Below are positions 1-9,133 of a stretch of DNA of 64,000 bases, piece after piece. The stretch lies in contig CAMFGH010000004.1 in assembly GCA_945949875.1 (NCBI GenBank), forward strand, positions 3,135-67,134, in the 5' to 3' direction. Each line of letters begins with the position of its first letter. The stretch's first letter is position 1. Position numbers and translations under genes: made by a program. Below the pieces are notes generated by a model, which ran no database searches, had not been told where the DNA came from, and saw only the letters and a program-made list of their open reading frames with translations. Origin of the DNA: an uncultured bacterium. GTDB lineage: Bacteria; Bacillota; Clostridia; Lachnospirales; Lachnospiraceae.

Positions 1-1
1 T

Positions 2-1072
2 GGAATATGTGAATTTATCGATGTCGAGAAGCACGAACAGGATGCCTGGTATAAACGCTTTGTTGAGGAAGGAAAGCATTATGATCTGGAGGTCGATACC
101 GACGTGGTAAATCATTGGGATTTATCTGTTTTTGTAAACACGGAAATTACCGACGAAAACGGGAATTATCTCGGTGTATGTGGCGTTGGTATCGAAATGA
201 CAACCTTACGGGATTTTATAAAACGGTATGAGGAGAAATATGATGTAAAAATCAATCTGATGGATAAAGAAGGATTGATACAGATTGATTCTGATATAGA
301 ACGTATCGGACGGGATTACCTTGATAATTCTTATCTGGACAATGTGGGTTCCGGTGGATTTTACTATGAAAAAGGTGATGAATCCAGCCGCATGACGAAA
401 TATTTAGAGACTCTGGACTGGTATCTGGTTGTGGAAGACTGTAATCCGGAAAAAATCAGCGTAATAGAGTTTGCCACAACAAGCATTATCATTTTCCTGA
501 TCGCATACATGATGATGGGAATCATTTTTGCTGTTATCATGATCCGTGAGAGAAAGACATGGAAAGAACTCAGGGAAAGAAGAGAAATATCCATAACAGA
601 TGATATGACAGGTCTGTTCAACCGTCGTGCTTATGAAGAAGACTGCTTAAAAATACAGGAAACAGATCTGGTATCGAGAATGACCCTGATCATGATGGAT
701 CTGAATGGATTAAAATCGGTCAATGATACCTATGGGCACATGGCAGGAGATGAGCTGATCATTGCAGCGGCGAAATGCGTACAGACATCCATGGGTAAAT
801 ATGGAAAAGTATATCGTATCGGTGGGGATGAATTTATGGCATTCATGGAATGTAACAGTGACCAGTTAAATGACATGATTCATACCTTTGAACATGTGGT
901 AAACAGCTGGAAAGGAACTTATCCGTGTAAGCTTTCCATATCAAAGGGTGTTGTTGTATGCAAAGAGCATGAAGATCTTACCTTTGAGGAGCTCAAAGAG
1001 CTGGCAGATAAACTTATGTATGAAGATAAAAATAAACATTACGAGTCGGAAGCAATGTGTAAACAATCATAG
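2..1072 (+). CDS. Sensor (Cache-like, membrane-anchored) diguanylate cyclase, 5'-truncated by window edge
   Basis: Frame is open from position 2. One TM helix precedes TDDMTGLFNRR, DLNGLKSVNDTYGHMAGD and RIGGDEF motifs. Confidence 0.9.
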   Translation, partial: GICEFIDVEKHEQDAWYKRFVEEGKHYDLEVDTDVVNHWDLSVFVNTEITDENGNYLGVCGVGIEMTTLRDFIKRYEEKYDVKINLMDKEGLIQIDSDIERIGRDYLDNSYLDNVGSGGFYYEKGDESSRMTKYLETLDWYLVVEDCNPEKISVIEFATTSIIIFLIAYMMMGIIFAVIMIRERKTWKELRERREISITDDMTGLFNRRAYEEDCLKIQETDLVSRMTLIMMDLNGLKSVNDTYGHMAGDELIIAAAKCVQTSMGKYGKVYRIGGDEFMAFMECNSDQLNDMIHTFEHVVNSWKGTYPCKLSISKGVVVCKEHEDLTFEELKELADKLMYEDKNKHYESEAMCKQS

Positions 1073-1138
1073 TAATGTATAAACAATCAAAGTAATGTGC
1101 TTGATTTTTGAGTTGAAAATGCTATACTTTTGATAAAG

Positions 1139-1209
1139 GCAGGATTAGTACATCGGTAGTATGCCAGCTTCCCAAGCTGGAGAGGCGGGTTCGATTCCCG
1201 TATCCTGCT
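1139..1209 (+). tRNA. tRNA-Gly (anticodon CCC)
   Basis: Acceptor stem GCAGGAT/ATCCTGC, anticodon arm CCAGC-TTCCCAA-GCTGG, T arm GCGGG-TTCGATT-CCCGT, U discriminator; CCA not encoded. Confidence 0.95.
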
Positions 1210-1228
1210 TTTTGCTGAGAATATGATA

Positions 1229-1269
1229 AGTGCCAGGAATACAGTAAATATGCGGTTCCTGGCATTTTT
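1229..1269 (+). terminator. Probable intrinsic terminator after tRNA-Gly
   Basis: TGCCAGGAA...TTCCTGGCA stem followed by TTTTT. Confidence 0.6.
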
Positions 1270-1323
1270 GTATTGTGAAGCATAGTCTGAAATATTGGAA
1301 AAAGTGCACTGTTTTGGGGATTT

Positions 1324-1344
1324 TATTCCACGAATATTCCACGA
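1324..1344. repeat. Tandem 10-bp direct repeat TATTCCACGA (11-bp period)
   Basis: Exact copies at 1324-1333 and 1335-1344. Confidence 0.7.
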
Positions 1345-1369
1345 TGTGTTTCACTGAAATGAGGTAATC

Positions 1370-2077
1370 ATGTATTCGGATGTTCTAAAAATAATTGCAA
1401 TGATATGTATGGTAATCGACCACGCTGCCATTGCACTGATGAAACTGGCACTGGATGCCCCCATATGGTCCGATATCCCCCTTGACAAACTGCAGATTTT
1501 GTTTGAGGTGCTACGACAGATTGGAAGAGTATCCTTTCCGATTTTCTGCTTTATGATTGCAGAGGGTTTTTATAAAACAAAAAACAGGGCCGGATATCTG
1601 GGAAGGCTGATTCTTTTTGCCATTCTGTCGGAGATCCCCTTTGACCTGGCGCTGTTTGGGGAACTGACTTTGCAAAAACAAAATACCATGTTCACGCTGG
1701 CCATCGGCCTTGCCACAATCTGGGGAATGCAGAAGGCACAGCGAAAATACATGGCCACCGGATGGGAGGGAATGGCCCAGCTGATAGCCCTTGCCATGGG
1801 ATGTGGTGGTGCTTATCTTTTGCGGACAGATTATTCCTATCAGGGAGTGGCTCTGATCGCCATATTTTATCTGTTTCGGGAGAGGAGATGGTGTGCCTGC
1901 CTGCTGGGATATTTGAGTATGATCTATGAACCATACACCATAGTCGCATTTATTCTTTTACTGTTTTATAATGGAAAAAGATGGAAAACGGGAAGGGTAT
2001 GGCAGTATGCGTTATATCTGTTTTATCCGGTACATTTGACTGTTTTATATGGTGTTCGAATGTTGTTGTTAAAATAG
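1370..2077 (+). CDS. TraX-family membrane protein (putative acyltransferase)
   Basis: LKIIAMICMVIDH, IGRVSFPIFCFMIAEGF, SEIPFDL, TDYS and FYPVHL motifs; GAGG RBS. Confidence 0.85.
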   Translation: MYSDVLKIIAMICMVIDHAAIALMKLALDAPIWSDIPLDKLQILFEVLRQIGRVSFPIFCFMIAEGFYKTKNRAGYLGRLILFAILSEIPFDLALFGELTLQKQNTMFTLAIGLATIWGMQKAQRKYMATGWEGMAQLIALAMGCGGAYLLRTDYSYQGVALIAIFYLFRERRWCACLLGYLSMIYEPYTIVAFILLLFYNGKRWKTGRVWQYALYLFYPVHLTVLYGVRMLLLK

Positions 2078-2199
2078 AAAGATGTTACAATATAGATGAC
2101 GCAGGTAATTGATATGGCTGGCAAATAGTATATAACTGGTCATATATCATATCAATAAAGTAAACACAATTGAGTAGGTAATAGTTGGGGGCTGAAAAA

Positions 2200-3798
2200 A
2201 TGAAATTAATGTTTATTGGTGCGGATCATGAAGTGACGGGCAGTTGCCATTACCTGGAAGCATGCGGAAAGCATATTCTGGTGGACTATGGCATGGAACA
2301 GGGGCAGAACTATTTTGAAAATGTGGAATTGCCGGTGCAGGAAGCACTCATTGATTATGTGCTGCTTACCCATGCACATGTGGATCATTCCGGACTTCTG
2401 CCGCTTTTGTATGCAAAGGGATTCCGGGGACAGATCGTGACTACAGAGGCAACAGCAGATTTGTGTAGTATCATGCTGCGTGACTGTGCTCATATCCAGA
2501 TGCAGGAAGCTGAGTGGAAAAACCGAAAGGCAAAACGAAGTTCCCAGGTGCAGCCTGCGGTGCCACTGTATACCCTGGAAGATGCGGATGGTGCAATAAA
2601 ACGTTTGGTTGGCTGCGCCTATGGAGAAGAGATTGATCTTTGTGAAGGCATTAAAATCCGCTTTACAGATATTGGTCATCTGCTTGGCTCGGCCAGCATT
2701 GAGATTTGGATTACGGAGACGGATGTTACAAAGAAGATTGTTTTCTCCGGCGATGTGGGAAATTTGAATCAGCCACTTATAAAGGATCCGGCTTATACCA
2801 AGGATGCAGATTATGTAGTCATGGAATCCACCTATGGGGATCGAATCCATTCGGATAAAAAACCGGACTATGTAAAAGAACTGGCTGAAATCATACAGAC
2901 CACTTTTGATCAGGGGGGAAATGTTGTCATCCCATCTTTTGCGGTAGGCAGAACACAGGAGATGTTGTATTTTATCCGTCAGATTAAAGAAGAAGGGCTG
3001 GTAAAAGGTCATGATAAATTCCCGGTTTACGTGGATAGCCCGCTAGCTGTGGAAGCAACAGAAATTTTCAACAGAAATATAGACAACTGTTTCGATGAAG
3101 AAGCAATGGAACTTGTCAGAAAGGGAATCAATCCGATTCGCTTCCCGGGCTTAAAGCTTACCATCACAGGGGAAGAATCCAAGATGATTAACTTTGACAA
3201 TGAGCCTAAGGTTATTATTTCTGCTTCCGGTATGTGTGAGGCAGGACGAATCAGACATCACCTGAAGCATAACTTATGGCGTCCGGAATGTACGATCCTG
3301 TTTGTAGGCTATCAGGCTGTAGGAACCTTGGGACGTGTTCTTCTGGAAGGAGCAGAATCCGTTCGTCTGTTTGGAGAACCTGTGGAAGTACGTGCTCAGC
3401 TGAAAACTCTGGAGGGTATGTCCGGACACGCTGATATGAATGGACTGATTAGCTGGCTTCAGGGATTTGAAGAAAAGCCAAGAAGAGTCTTTATTGTCCA
3501 TGGTGAGGATGCTGTCTGCAAATCCTTTGCCCAGCGTCTGAAAGTGGAATATGGATACCGGACTTATGCACCCTATAGCGGAACAGAGTTTGATCTGTCA
3601 ACCGACAGACTGCTCTTTGAAGCTTCACCGGTACCGATTAAGAAGAAAGTGGTTGTGGTTACCGGTGTATATGCCCGTCTGGTGGATGCAGGCAAACGTC
3701 TGATGGCTGTTATCGAGAAAAATCATTTCGGAGCCAACAAGGATCTGGCAAAATTTGCAGATCAGATCAATGCCCTGTGCGATAAGTGGGATCGATAG
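2200..3798 (+). CDS. MBL-fold beta-CASP ribonuclease family protein
   Basis: GADHEVTGS, THAHVDHSG, GHLLGS, FSGDVG, ESTYG, FAVGRTQE, SGHAD and VHGE motifs. Confidence 0.9.
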   Translation: MKLMFIGADHEVTGSCHYLEACGKHILVDYGMEQGQNYFENVELPVQEALIDYVLLTHAHVDHSGLLPLLYAKGFRGQIVTTEATADLCSIMLRDCAHIQMQEAEWKNRKAKRSSQVQPAVPLYTLEDADGAIKRLVGCAYGEEIDLCEGIKIRFTDIGHLLGSASIEIWITETDVTKKIVFSGDVGNLNQPLIKDPAYTKDADYVVMESTYGDRIHSDKKPDYVKELAEIIQTTFDQGGNVVIPSFAVGRTQEMLYFIRQIKEEGLVKGHDKFPVYVDSPLAVEATEIFNRNIDNCFDEEAMELVRKGINPIRFPGLKLTITGEESKMINFDNEPKVIISASGMCEAGRIRHHLKHNLWRPECTILFVGYQAVGTLGRVLLEGAESVRLFGEPVEVRAQLKTLEGMSGHADMNGLISWLQGFEEKPRRVFIVHGEDAVCKSFAQRLKVEYGYRTYAPYSGTEFDLSTDRLLFEASPVPIKKKVVVVTGVYARLVDAGKRLMAVIEKNHFGANKDLAKFADQINALCDKWDR

Positions 3799-3905
3799 AA
3801 CAAAGTAAGCCAGAAGTGTTATAAGTATTATGAAATGGTACCTATGGTGGTAGGATAATAAAGAGAAAAAGTTAAAACATAGAGAAAGAATAAAGGATAA
3901 GAAAA

Positions 3906-4754
3906 ATGAGCCTGGCAGATCAGATTTTTATCAATATGTGTAAAGATATTCTGGAAAACGGAACCAGTACAGAAGGGGAAAAAGTTCGTCCACACTGGCC
4001 GGACGGAACTTCTGCGTACACCATTAAGAAATTCGGGGTGGTAAATCGATATGATCTTTCCAAAGAATTTCCGATTATGACATTGAGAAAGACCGCTTTA
4101 AAGAGCGCCACAGACGAGATGCTCTGGATCTGGCAGAAAAAATCCAATAATATCCATGACTTACATAGTCATATCTGGGATGAATGGGCGGATCCGGATG
4201 GTTCCATCGGAAAAGCATACGGATACCAGATGAGTGTAAAGCATGCTTACAAAGAAGGTATGATGGACCAGGTGGACAGGGTGATCTATGATTTAAAGAA
4301 TAATCCTTTCAGCAGAAGGATCATGACCAATATTTATGTGCATCAGGATCTGCATGAGATGAACCTGTATCCCTGCGCTTATTCCATGACCTTTAACGTG
4401 ACGCAGAAAAAGGGCGATGATAAGCTGACGCTGAATGCGATTTTGAATCAGCGCTCCCAGGATGTGCTGGCAGCCAACAACTGGAATGTAGTGCAGTATG
4501 CAGTGCTGGTGCATATGCTGGCTCAGGTTTGTGATATGAAGGTGGGAGAACTGGTGCATGTGATCGCAGATGCCCACATTTATGACAGACATGTTCCCAT
4601 TATCAAAGAACTGATTCAGAGAGAGCCCTTACCGGCACCAAAGTTCTGGCTGAATCCTGAGATTCACGATTTCTATCAGTTCACCAGAGATGATGTGAAG
4701 TTAGAGGGGTACGGTACCCACCCACAGATTGAGAACATTCCAATCGCCATCTAA
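3906..4754 (+). CDS. thyA: Thymidylate synthase
   Basis: IGKAYGYQ, SRR, catalytic PC, QRSQD and AHIYDRH motifs. Confidence 0.96.
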   Translation: MSLADQIFINMCKDILENGTSTEGEKVRPHWPDGTSAYTIKKFGVVNRYDLSKEFPIMTLRKTALKSATDEMLWIWQKKSNNIHDLHSHIWDEWADPDGSIGKAYGYQMSVKHAYKEGMMDQVDRVIYDLKNNPFSRRIMTNIYVHQDLHEMNLYPCAYSMTFNVTQKKGDDKLTLNAILNQRSQDVLAANNWNVVQYAVLVHMLAQVCDMKVGELVHVIADAHIYDRHVPIIKELIQREPLPAPKFWLNPEIHDFYQFTRDDVKLEGYGTHPQIENIPIAI

Positions 4755-4837
4755 GGGGGTACAAAGCAGCAGTTCTGTAAGCTGTGGCTCCGCAAGGCAG
4801 AAGAAACACTTTTAGAGATGATCAGGGAGAGAATACC

Positions 4838-5335
4838 ATGAATATTATTGTGGCAGTGGACGAAAACTGGGGAATAGGCAGGAAGGGAGAGCTTCTTGTC
4901 CGCATTCCCAATGACCAGAAGTTTTTCCGGGAAGAGACTACCGGGAAGGTGGTTGTTCTGGGAAGAAAAACCATGGAAACATTTCCGGGAGGAAGACCTC
5001 TTAAGAACCGGAAGAACATTATTCTGTCTACAAAACCGGACTATAAGGTGGAAGGTGCAGAGGTCGTTCATAGTATAGAAGAGCTTTTGGAAGCATTGAA
5101 AGAGTATCCCAGCGAGGATGTTTATATCATTGGCGGCGACAGCGTTTATAAGCAGATGCTGCCCTATTGTGATGTGGCACATGTGACAAAAATAGACATG
5201 GCATATGATGCAGACGCATACCACCCCAATCTGGATAAGGATCCGGAATGGGAGATTACAGCGGACAGTGATGAGCAGGTTTATTTTGATCTGACCTATC
5301 ATTTTGTAAAATATGAACGTAAAAAAGATGTATAA
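4838..5335 (+). CDS. folA: Dihydrofolate reductase
   Basis: IIVAVDENWGIG, LGRKT, RPLKNRKNIILS and IIGG motifs; directly follows thyA; GGGAG RBS. Confidence 0.95.
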   Translation: MNIIVAVDENWGIGRKGELLVRIPNDQKFFREETTGKVVVLGRKTMETFPGGRPLKNRKNIILSTKPDYKVEGAEVVHSIEELLEALKEYPSEDVYIIGGDSVYKQMLPYCDVAHVTKIDMAYDADAYHPNLDKDPEWEITADSDEQVYFDLTYHFVKYERKKDV

Positions 5336-6455
5336 GAATAAACGGAATCATTTTGAACTGAATAAACGGGAACGGAAGAAAGCACTGCAGAACCAAAACA
5401 GATGGACGAAAAGAGTTGCCTGTCTGGTGCTGGCCTGTATCATGGCTTCCTCTCTTCTTACCGGTTGCAAGAAAATCAACGGGGATACAAAAATCGTTCT
5501 TACCGCCGGTTTTACGGAAGATGAGATATTCCGAATTGAGACTGCGTCCTGCTATAAAAAAGAAGTCATGGTTTACCTGACCAATATTCAGAACCAGTAC
5601 GAGCAGGTTTATGGACCGGATATCTGGAATGTGAGCAAAAACGGAGTTACGCTGGAATGCAATATCAAAGAATCTGTGCTTGCTCAGCTGGCTCAGATCA
5701 AGACCATGAATCTGATGGCCCAGAATTATGGTGTGGAATTGGAGAAAGAAGAAAAACAGCAGATTGAGGAAGTGGCAGAAATCTACTACAATTCTCTGAA
5801 TGAAACGGAGAAAGAGCAGATGGATGTTACCCTTACCACCATTACGCAGCTGTATACAGAATATGCCATTGCGGATAAGGTCTACCGGTATCTGATTCAG
5901 GATGTAAATCCGGAAATCAGTGATGATGAAGCCAGAACGATCACAGTGGAACAGATTCTGATCCGGACAACCAGACAGGATGGAAGTGGAAATACCATTG
6001 CTTTTTCGGAGGAAGAAAAAGAAGAGGCATACCGGACATGTGCGGAAATACAAAACCGGCTAAGGGATGGAGAAGAATTTGAAGTACTTGCCAGTTATTA
6101 CAATCAGGCAGAAGCCGATACCATATCCTTTGGTAAGGGAGAAGTAGACAGTGTTCTGGAAACTGCCGGATTCAATCTGGGAAATGGTGAAGTAAGCAGT
6201 ATTCTGGAAACCAAAGAGGGATATTATATCCTGAAATGCATCAGCACCTTTAACCGGGAAGAAACGGATGCCAATAAGATCAAGATCGTAGAGGAACGGA
6301 AAAAGGAAATCTTTAACCAGGAATACGATACCTTTGTAAAGTCCCTGACCAGAAATATGAACAAACAGCTCTGGGATGAAGTGACGCTGATCCGGGATTC
6401 GGAAGTGAAAACAAGTGACTTTTTTGATGTATATGACGAGAACTGCAGTTTTTAA
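5328..6455 (+). CDS. Parvulin-type peptidylprolyl isomerase lipoprotein (PrsA/SurA-like)
   Basis: Lipobox LTGC; rotamase-like EQILI...GEEFEVLA...GEVSSILETKEGYYIL. Start codon uncertain. Confidence 0.75.
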   Translation: MYKNKRNHFELNKRERKKALQNQNRWTKRVACLVLACIMASSLLTGCKKINGDTKIVLTAGFTEDEIFRIETASCYKKEVMVYLTNIQNQYEQVYGPDIWNVSKNGVTLECNIKESVLAQLAQIKTMNLMAQNYGVELEKEEKQQIEEVAEIYYNSLNETEKEQMDVTLTTITQLYTEYAIADKVYRYLIQDVNPEISDDEARTITVEQILIRTTRQDGSGNTIAFSEEEKEEAYRTCAEIQNRLRDGEEFEVLASYYNQAEADTISFGKGEVDSVLETAGFNLGNGEVSSILETKEGYYILKCISTFNREETDANKIKIVEERKKEIFNQEYDTFVKSLTRNMNKQLWDEVTLIRDSEVKTSDFFDVYDENCSF

Positions 6456-6566
6456 AAGAAAAGATATGATTTAAAGAAAAAGATATTTTTTAAGGAGAAA
6501 AGTCTTTTTTATAAAAAATTAATAAATGCCGGAAAGCCCGTAAATTCAAGGGAAAACGGAATGTTA

Positions 6567-6593
6567 TTAGCACTCATTAAAGATGAGTGCTAA
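6567..6593. promoter_or_regulatory. CIRCE element (HrcA operator)
   Basis: Perfect TTAGCACTC-N9-GAGTGCTAA upstream of htpG. Confidence 0.97.
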
Positions 6594-6600
6594 TTTTTTC

Positions 6601-6629
6601 TTGACTTGGGAAGGTGGTGGAGCTAAACT
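6601..6629 (+). promoter_or_regulatory. SigA promoter of htpG
   Basis: TTGACT-17 bp-TAAACT immediately downstream of CIRCE. Confidence 0.7.
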
Positions 6630-6767
6630 GAATAAGAAGTGAAAAATCTGATTGACAGCGAAATGATTACAGGGAGGATTCGTTAAAAGAAATGAGCGAA
6701 AAATCCAAAGCAGCTTCTGACGATCAGATGAAAAGAAAGAAAAACAGTAAGGTAAGGAGTGTTGATT

Positions 6768-8870
6768 ATGGCAATGAAAAGTGGAAGTTTATCAATTAAC
6801 AGCGACAATATTTTCCCGATCATCAAAAAATGGTTGTATTCCGATCAGGATATTTTTTACAGAGAATTGATCTCCAATGGCTGTGATGCGATTACCAAAT
6901 TAAAGAAACTGGATATGATGGGGGAATATAGTCTTCCGGATGACTATAAACCACGAATTGATGTGCAGATCAATCCGGAGAAAAAGACCATCAAGATCAC
7001 AGATAACGGTCTCGGAATGACTGCAGATGAAGTAGAAGAATATATCAATCAGATTGCATTTTCCGGTGCAACAGACTTTATTGCACAGTACAAAGATAAA
7101 ACCAACGAAGATCAGATCATAGGTCATTTTGGTCTTGGTTTCTACTCAGCATTTATGGTAGCGGATGAAGTGCATATTGATACACTTTCTTACAAAAAGG
7201 ATGCAAAACCGGTTCACTGGGAATGTGACGGTGGAACCGAATTCAAGATGGACGAAGGAGAGAAAGAGAGTGTAGGTACCACCATTACTTTATTCCTGAA
7301 CGAAGATTGCCTGAAATACTGCAATGAGTATGAAGCAAGAAGCGTGGTCCAGAAATACTGTTCCTTCATGCCTACAGAAATCTTCCTTTCCAAAGAGGAT
7401 ACCAAAGATACCCAGACCATCAAAGCGGATGAAAAACTGGATACGGATATCGTAGTGGAAGAGATCAAGAAAGAAAAAGAAGAGGACGAACAGAAACTCA
7501 AGATCATCAAACGTCCGGAGCTTTTAAATGACACTGATCCACTTTGGGCAAAGCATCCTAATGAATGTAAAAGAGAAGAATATCTGGAATTTTACCGGAA
7601 GGTATTCCATGATTACAAAGAGCCTCTGTTCTGGATTCATCTGAACATGGATTACCCATTTAACCTGAAGGGTATTTTGTACTTCCCGAAGATCAATATG
7701 GAATATGAATCCATTGAAGGCACCATCAAATTGTATAACAATCAGGTGTTTATCGCAGATAACATTAAAGAAGTCATTCCGGAATTCCTGCTTCTGTTAA
7801 AGGGTGTGATCGACTGTCCGGATCTGCCTCTTAATGTTTCCAGAAGTGCCCTGCAGAATGACGGATTTGTTAAGAAAATCTGTGATTACATCACCAAGAA
7901 GGTGGCAGATAAGCTTTCCGGTATGTGCAAGACAGATAAAGAAGAATATGAAAAATACTGGGATGACATCAGCCCATTTATCAAATTCGGCTGCCTGAAG
8001 GATGATAAATTCTGTGAAAAGATGACAGACTATATTCTGTTCAAGAATCTGGATGGTAAATATCTGACTCTGCCGGAATGCCTGGAAGTAAGTAAGATCG
8101 ATCCGGATGATGCTGAAAATGAAGATGGTGTAGAAAATAAAACAGAGGAAGCTACAGATACACAGGTAGTGGATGAAAATGGAAATCCGTTAAATGAAGC
8201 TGCAGAAAAGGCAGATGAAGCGGAAGAAAGCAGCGAAGAAAAAGAAGATGAAAAGAAAGAAAAAATCATCTACTATGTAACCGATGAAAAACAGCAGAGC
8301 CAGTACATCAATATGTTTAAGGCCGCTAAGATGGATGCTGTGATCCTGACACACAATATTGATCAGCCATTTGTTCAGCAGTTAGAGAGCAAAAATGAGG
8401 GAATTAAATTCCAGAGAATCGATGCAGACCTGACAGATACCTTCAAAGCAAAAACATCTAAAAAGGCAGAAAAAGAATTTGCCGATATGGCAGAAAAGAT
8501 TGCTGATATCATGAAAAAAGCTTTGAAGAAAGAGCAGATGACAGTTAAGATCGAGAAACTGAAAAATAAAAAAGTATCTTCCATGCTGACTATCTCTGAA
8601 GAAAGCCGCAGAATGCAGGATATGATGAAAATGTATTCTATGAACGGAATGGACATGGGTATGTTCGGCGGAGAAGGAGAGACGCTGGTGCTGAATGCAA
8701 ATCACCCTCTGGTACAGTATGTGATGGAAAATCAGGATGGCGAAAACACCAAAATGATCTGCGAACAGTTATATGATCTGGCCAAAATTCAGAATGCTCC
8801 ACTGGATGCAGAAGCAATGACAAAATTTATTAGCAGAAGTAATGAAATTATGTTATTATTAACAAAATAG
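6768..8870 (+). CDS. htpG: Chaperone HtpG (Hsp90)
   Basis: LYSDQDIFYRELISN, DNGLGM, IGHFGLGFYSAF and LPLNVSRS motifs; AAGGAG RBS. Confidence 0.97.
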   Translation: MAMKSGSLSINSDNIFPIIKKWLYSDQDIFYRELISNGCDAITKLKKLDMMGEYSLPDDYKPRIDVQINPEKKTIKITDNGLGMTADEVEEYINQIAFSGATDFIAQYKDKTNEDQIIGHFGLGFYSAFMVADEVHIDTLSYKKDAKPVHWECDGGTEFKMDEGEKESVGTTITLFLNEDCLKYCNEYEARSVVQKYCSFMPTEIFLSKEDTKDTQTIKADEKLDTDIVVEEIKKEKEEDEQKLKIIKRPELLNDTDPLWAKHPNECKREEYLEFYRKVFHDYKEPLFWIHLNMDYPFNLKGILYFPKINMEYESIEGTIKLYNNQVFIADNIKEVIPEFLLLLKGVIDCPDLPLNVSRSALQNDGFVKKICDYITKKVADKLSGMCKTDKEEYEKYWDDISPFIKFGCLKDDKFCEKMTDYILFKNLDGKYLTLPECLEVSKIDPDDAENEDGVENKTEEATDTQVVDENGNPLNEAAEKADEAEESSEEKEDEKKEKIIYYVTDEKQQSQYINMFKAAKMDAVILTHNIDQPFVQQLESKNEGIKFQRIDADLTDTFKAKTSKKAEKEFADMAEKIADIMKKALKKEQMTVKIEKLKNKKVSSMLTISEESRRMQDMMKMYSMNGMDMGMFGGEGETLVLNANHPLVQYVMENQDGENTKMICEQLYDLAKIQNAPLDAEAMTKFISRSNEIMLLLTK

Positions 8871-8878
8871 GTAAAATG

Positions 8879-8910
8879 CAAAGGTATACTATAGTAGTAT
8901 ACCTTTGTTT
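8879..8910 (+). terminator. htpG terminator hairpin
   Basis: CAAAGGTATACT-ATAGT-AGTATACCTTTG followed by TTT. Confidence 0.7.
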
Positions 8911-8931
8911 CGTTAGCTTTGAAAAAATAAG

Positions 8932-9112
8932 TCCCTTTTCGGAATTGTGTTCCTACGCCTAAGACCTATATGTCTGATTGCAGACCCGCTTTCGCTTGGA
9001 CCTCGACGTAGCGGTACATAAGGCTGCAAAGTACACAGCCTAAGTACCGACGTCTCGCTACAGTCTGCAACAGACACACAGGTCTTGCCTGGAACACAAT
9101 TCTGAAAAGGGA
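8932..9112. other. ~180-nt rod-like imperfect inverted repeat (structured RNA or REP/MITE-like element)
   Basis: Nested stems TCCCTTTTC/GAAAAGGGA, GAATTGTGTTCC/GGAACACAATTC, AAGACCT/AGGTCTT, TGTCTG/CAGACA, TTGCAGAC/GTCTGCAA, CGGTAC/GTACCG and AGGCTG/CAGCCT. Confidence 0.75.
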
Positions 9113-9133
9113 GAAAAATAAAAGGAGAGAGAT

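Noticed and set aside
1370-2077. Conjugative element implied by TraX
   Set aside because: No other tra, relaxase or integrase genes; chromosomal TraX-family genes are common.
2206-3012. Long antisense ORFs (also 5256-6053, 35655-36383, 53576-54442, 59202-60071, 62676-63479)
   Set aside because: Shadow frames of well-supported genes, with no RBS or recognisable motifs.
4755-4837. Possible folate/THF riboswitch between thyA and folA
   Set aside because: No THF consensus visible; only weak pairing.
8090-8265. Acidic insertion in HtpG
   Set aside because: In-frame low-complexity loop with no intein or mobile-element features.
8932-9112. Firm call as 6S RNA
   Set aside because: Size and shape fit, but I could not recognise 6S consensus motifs or a clear promoter; left unclassified.
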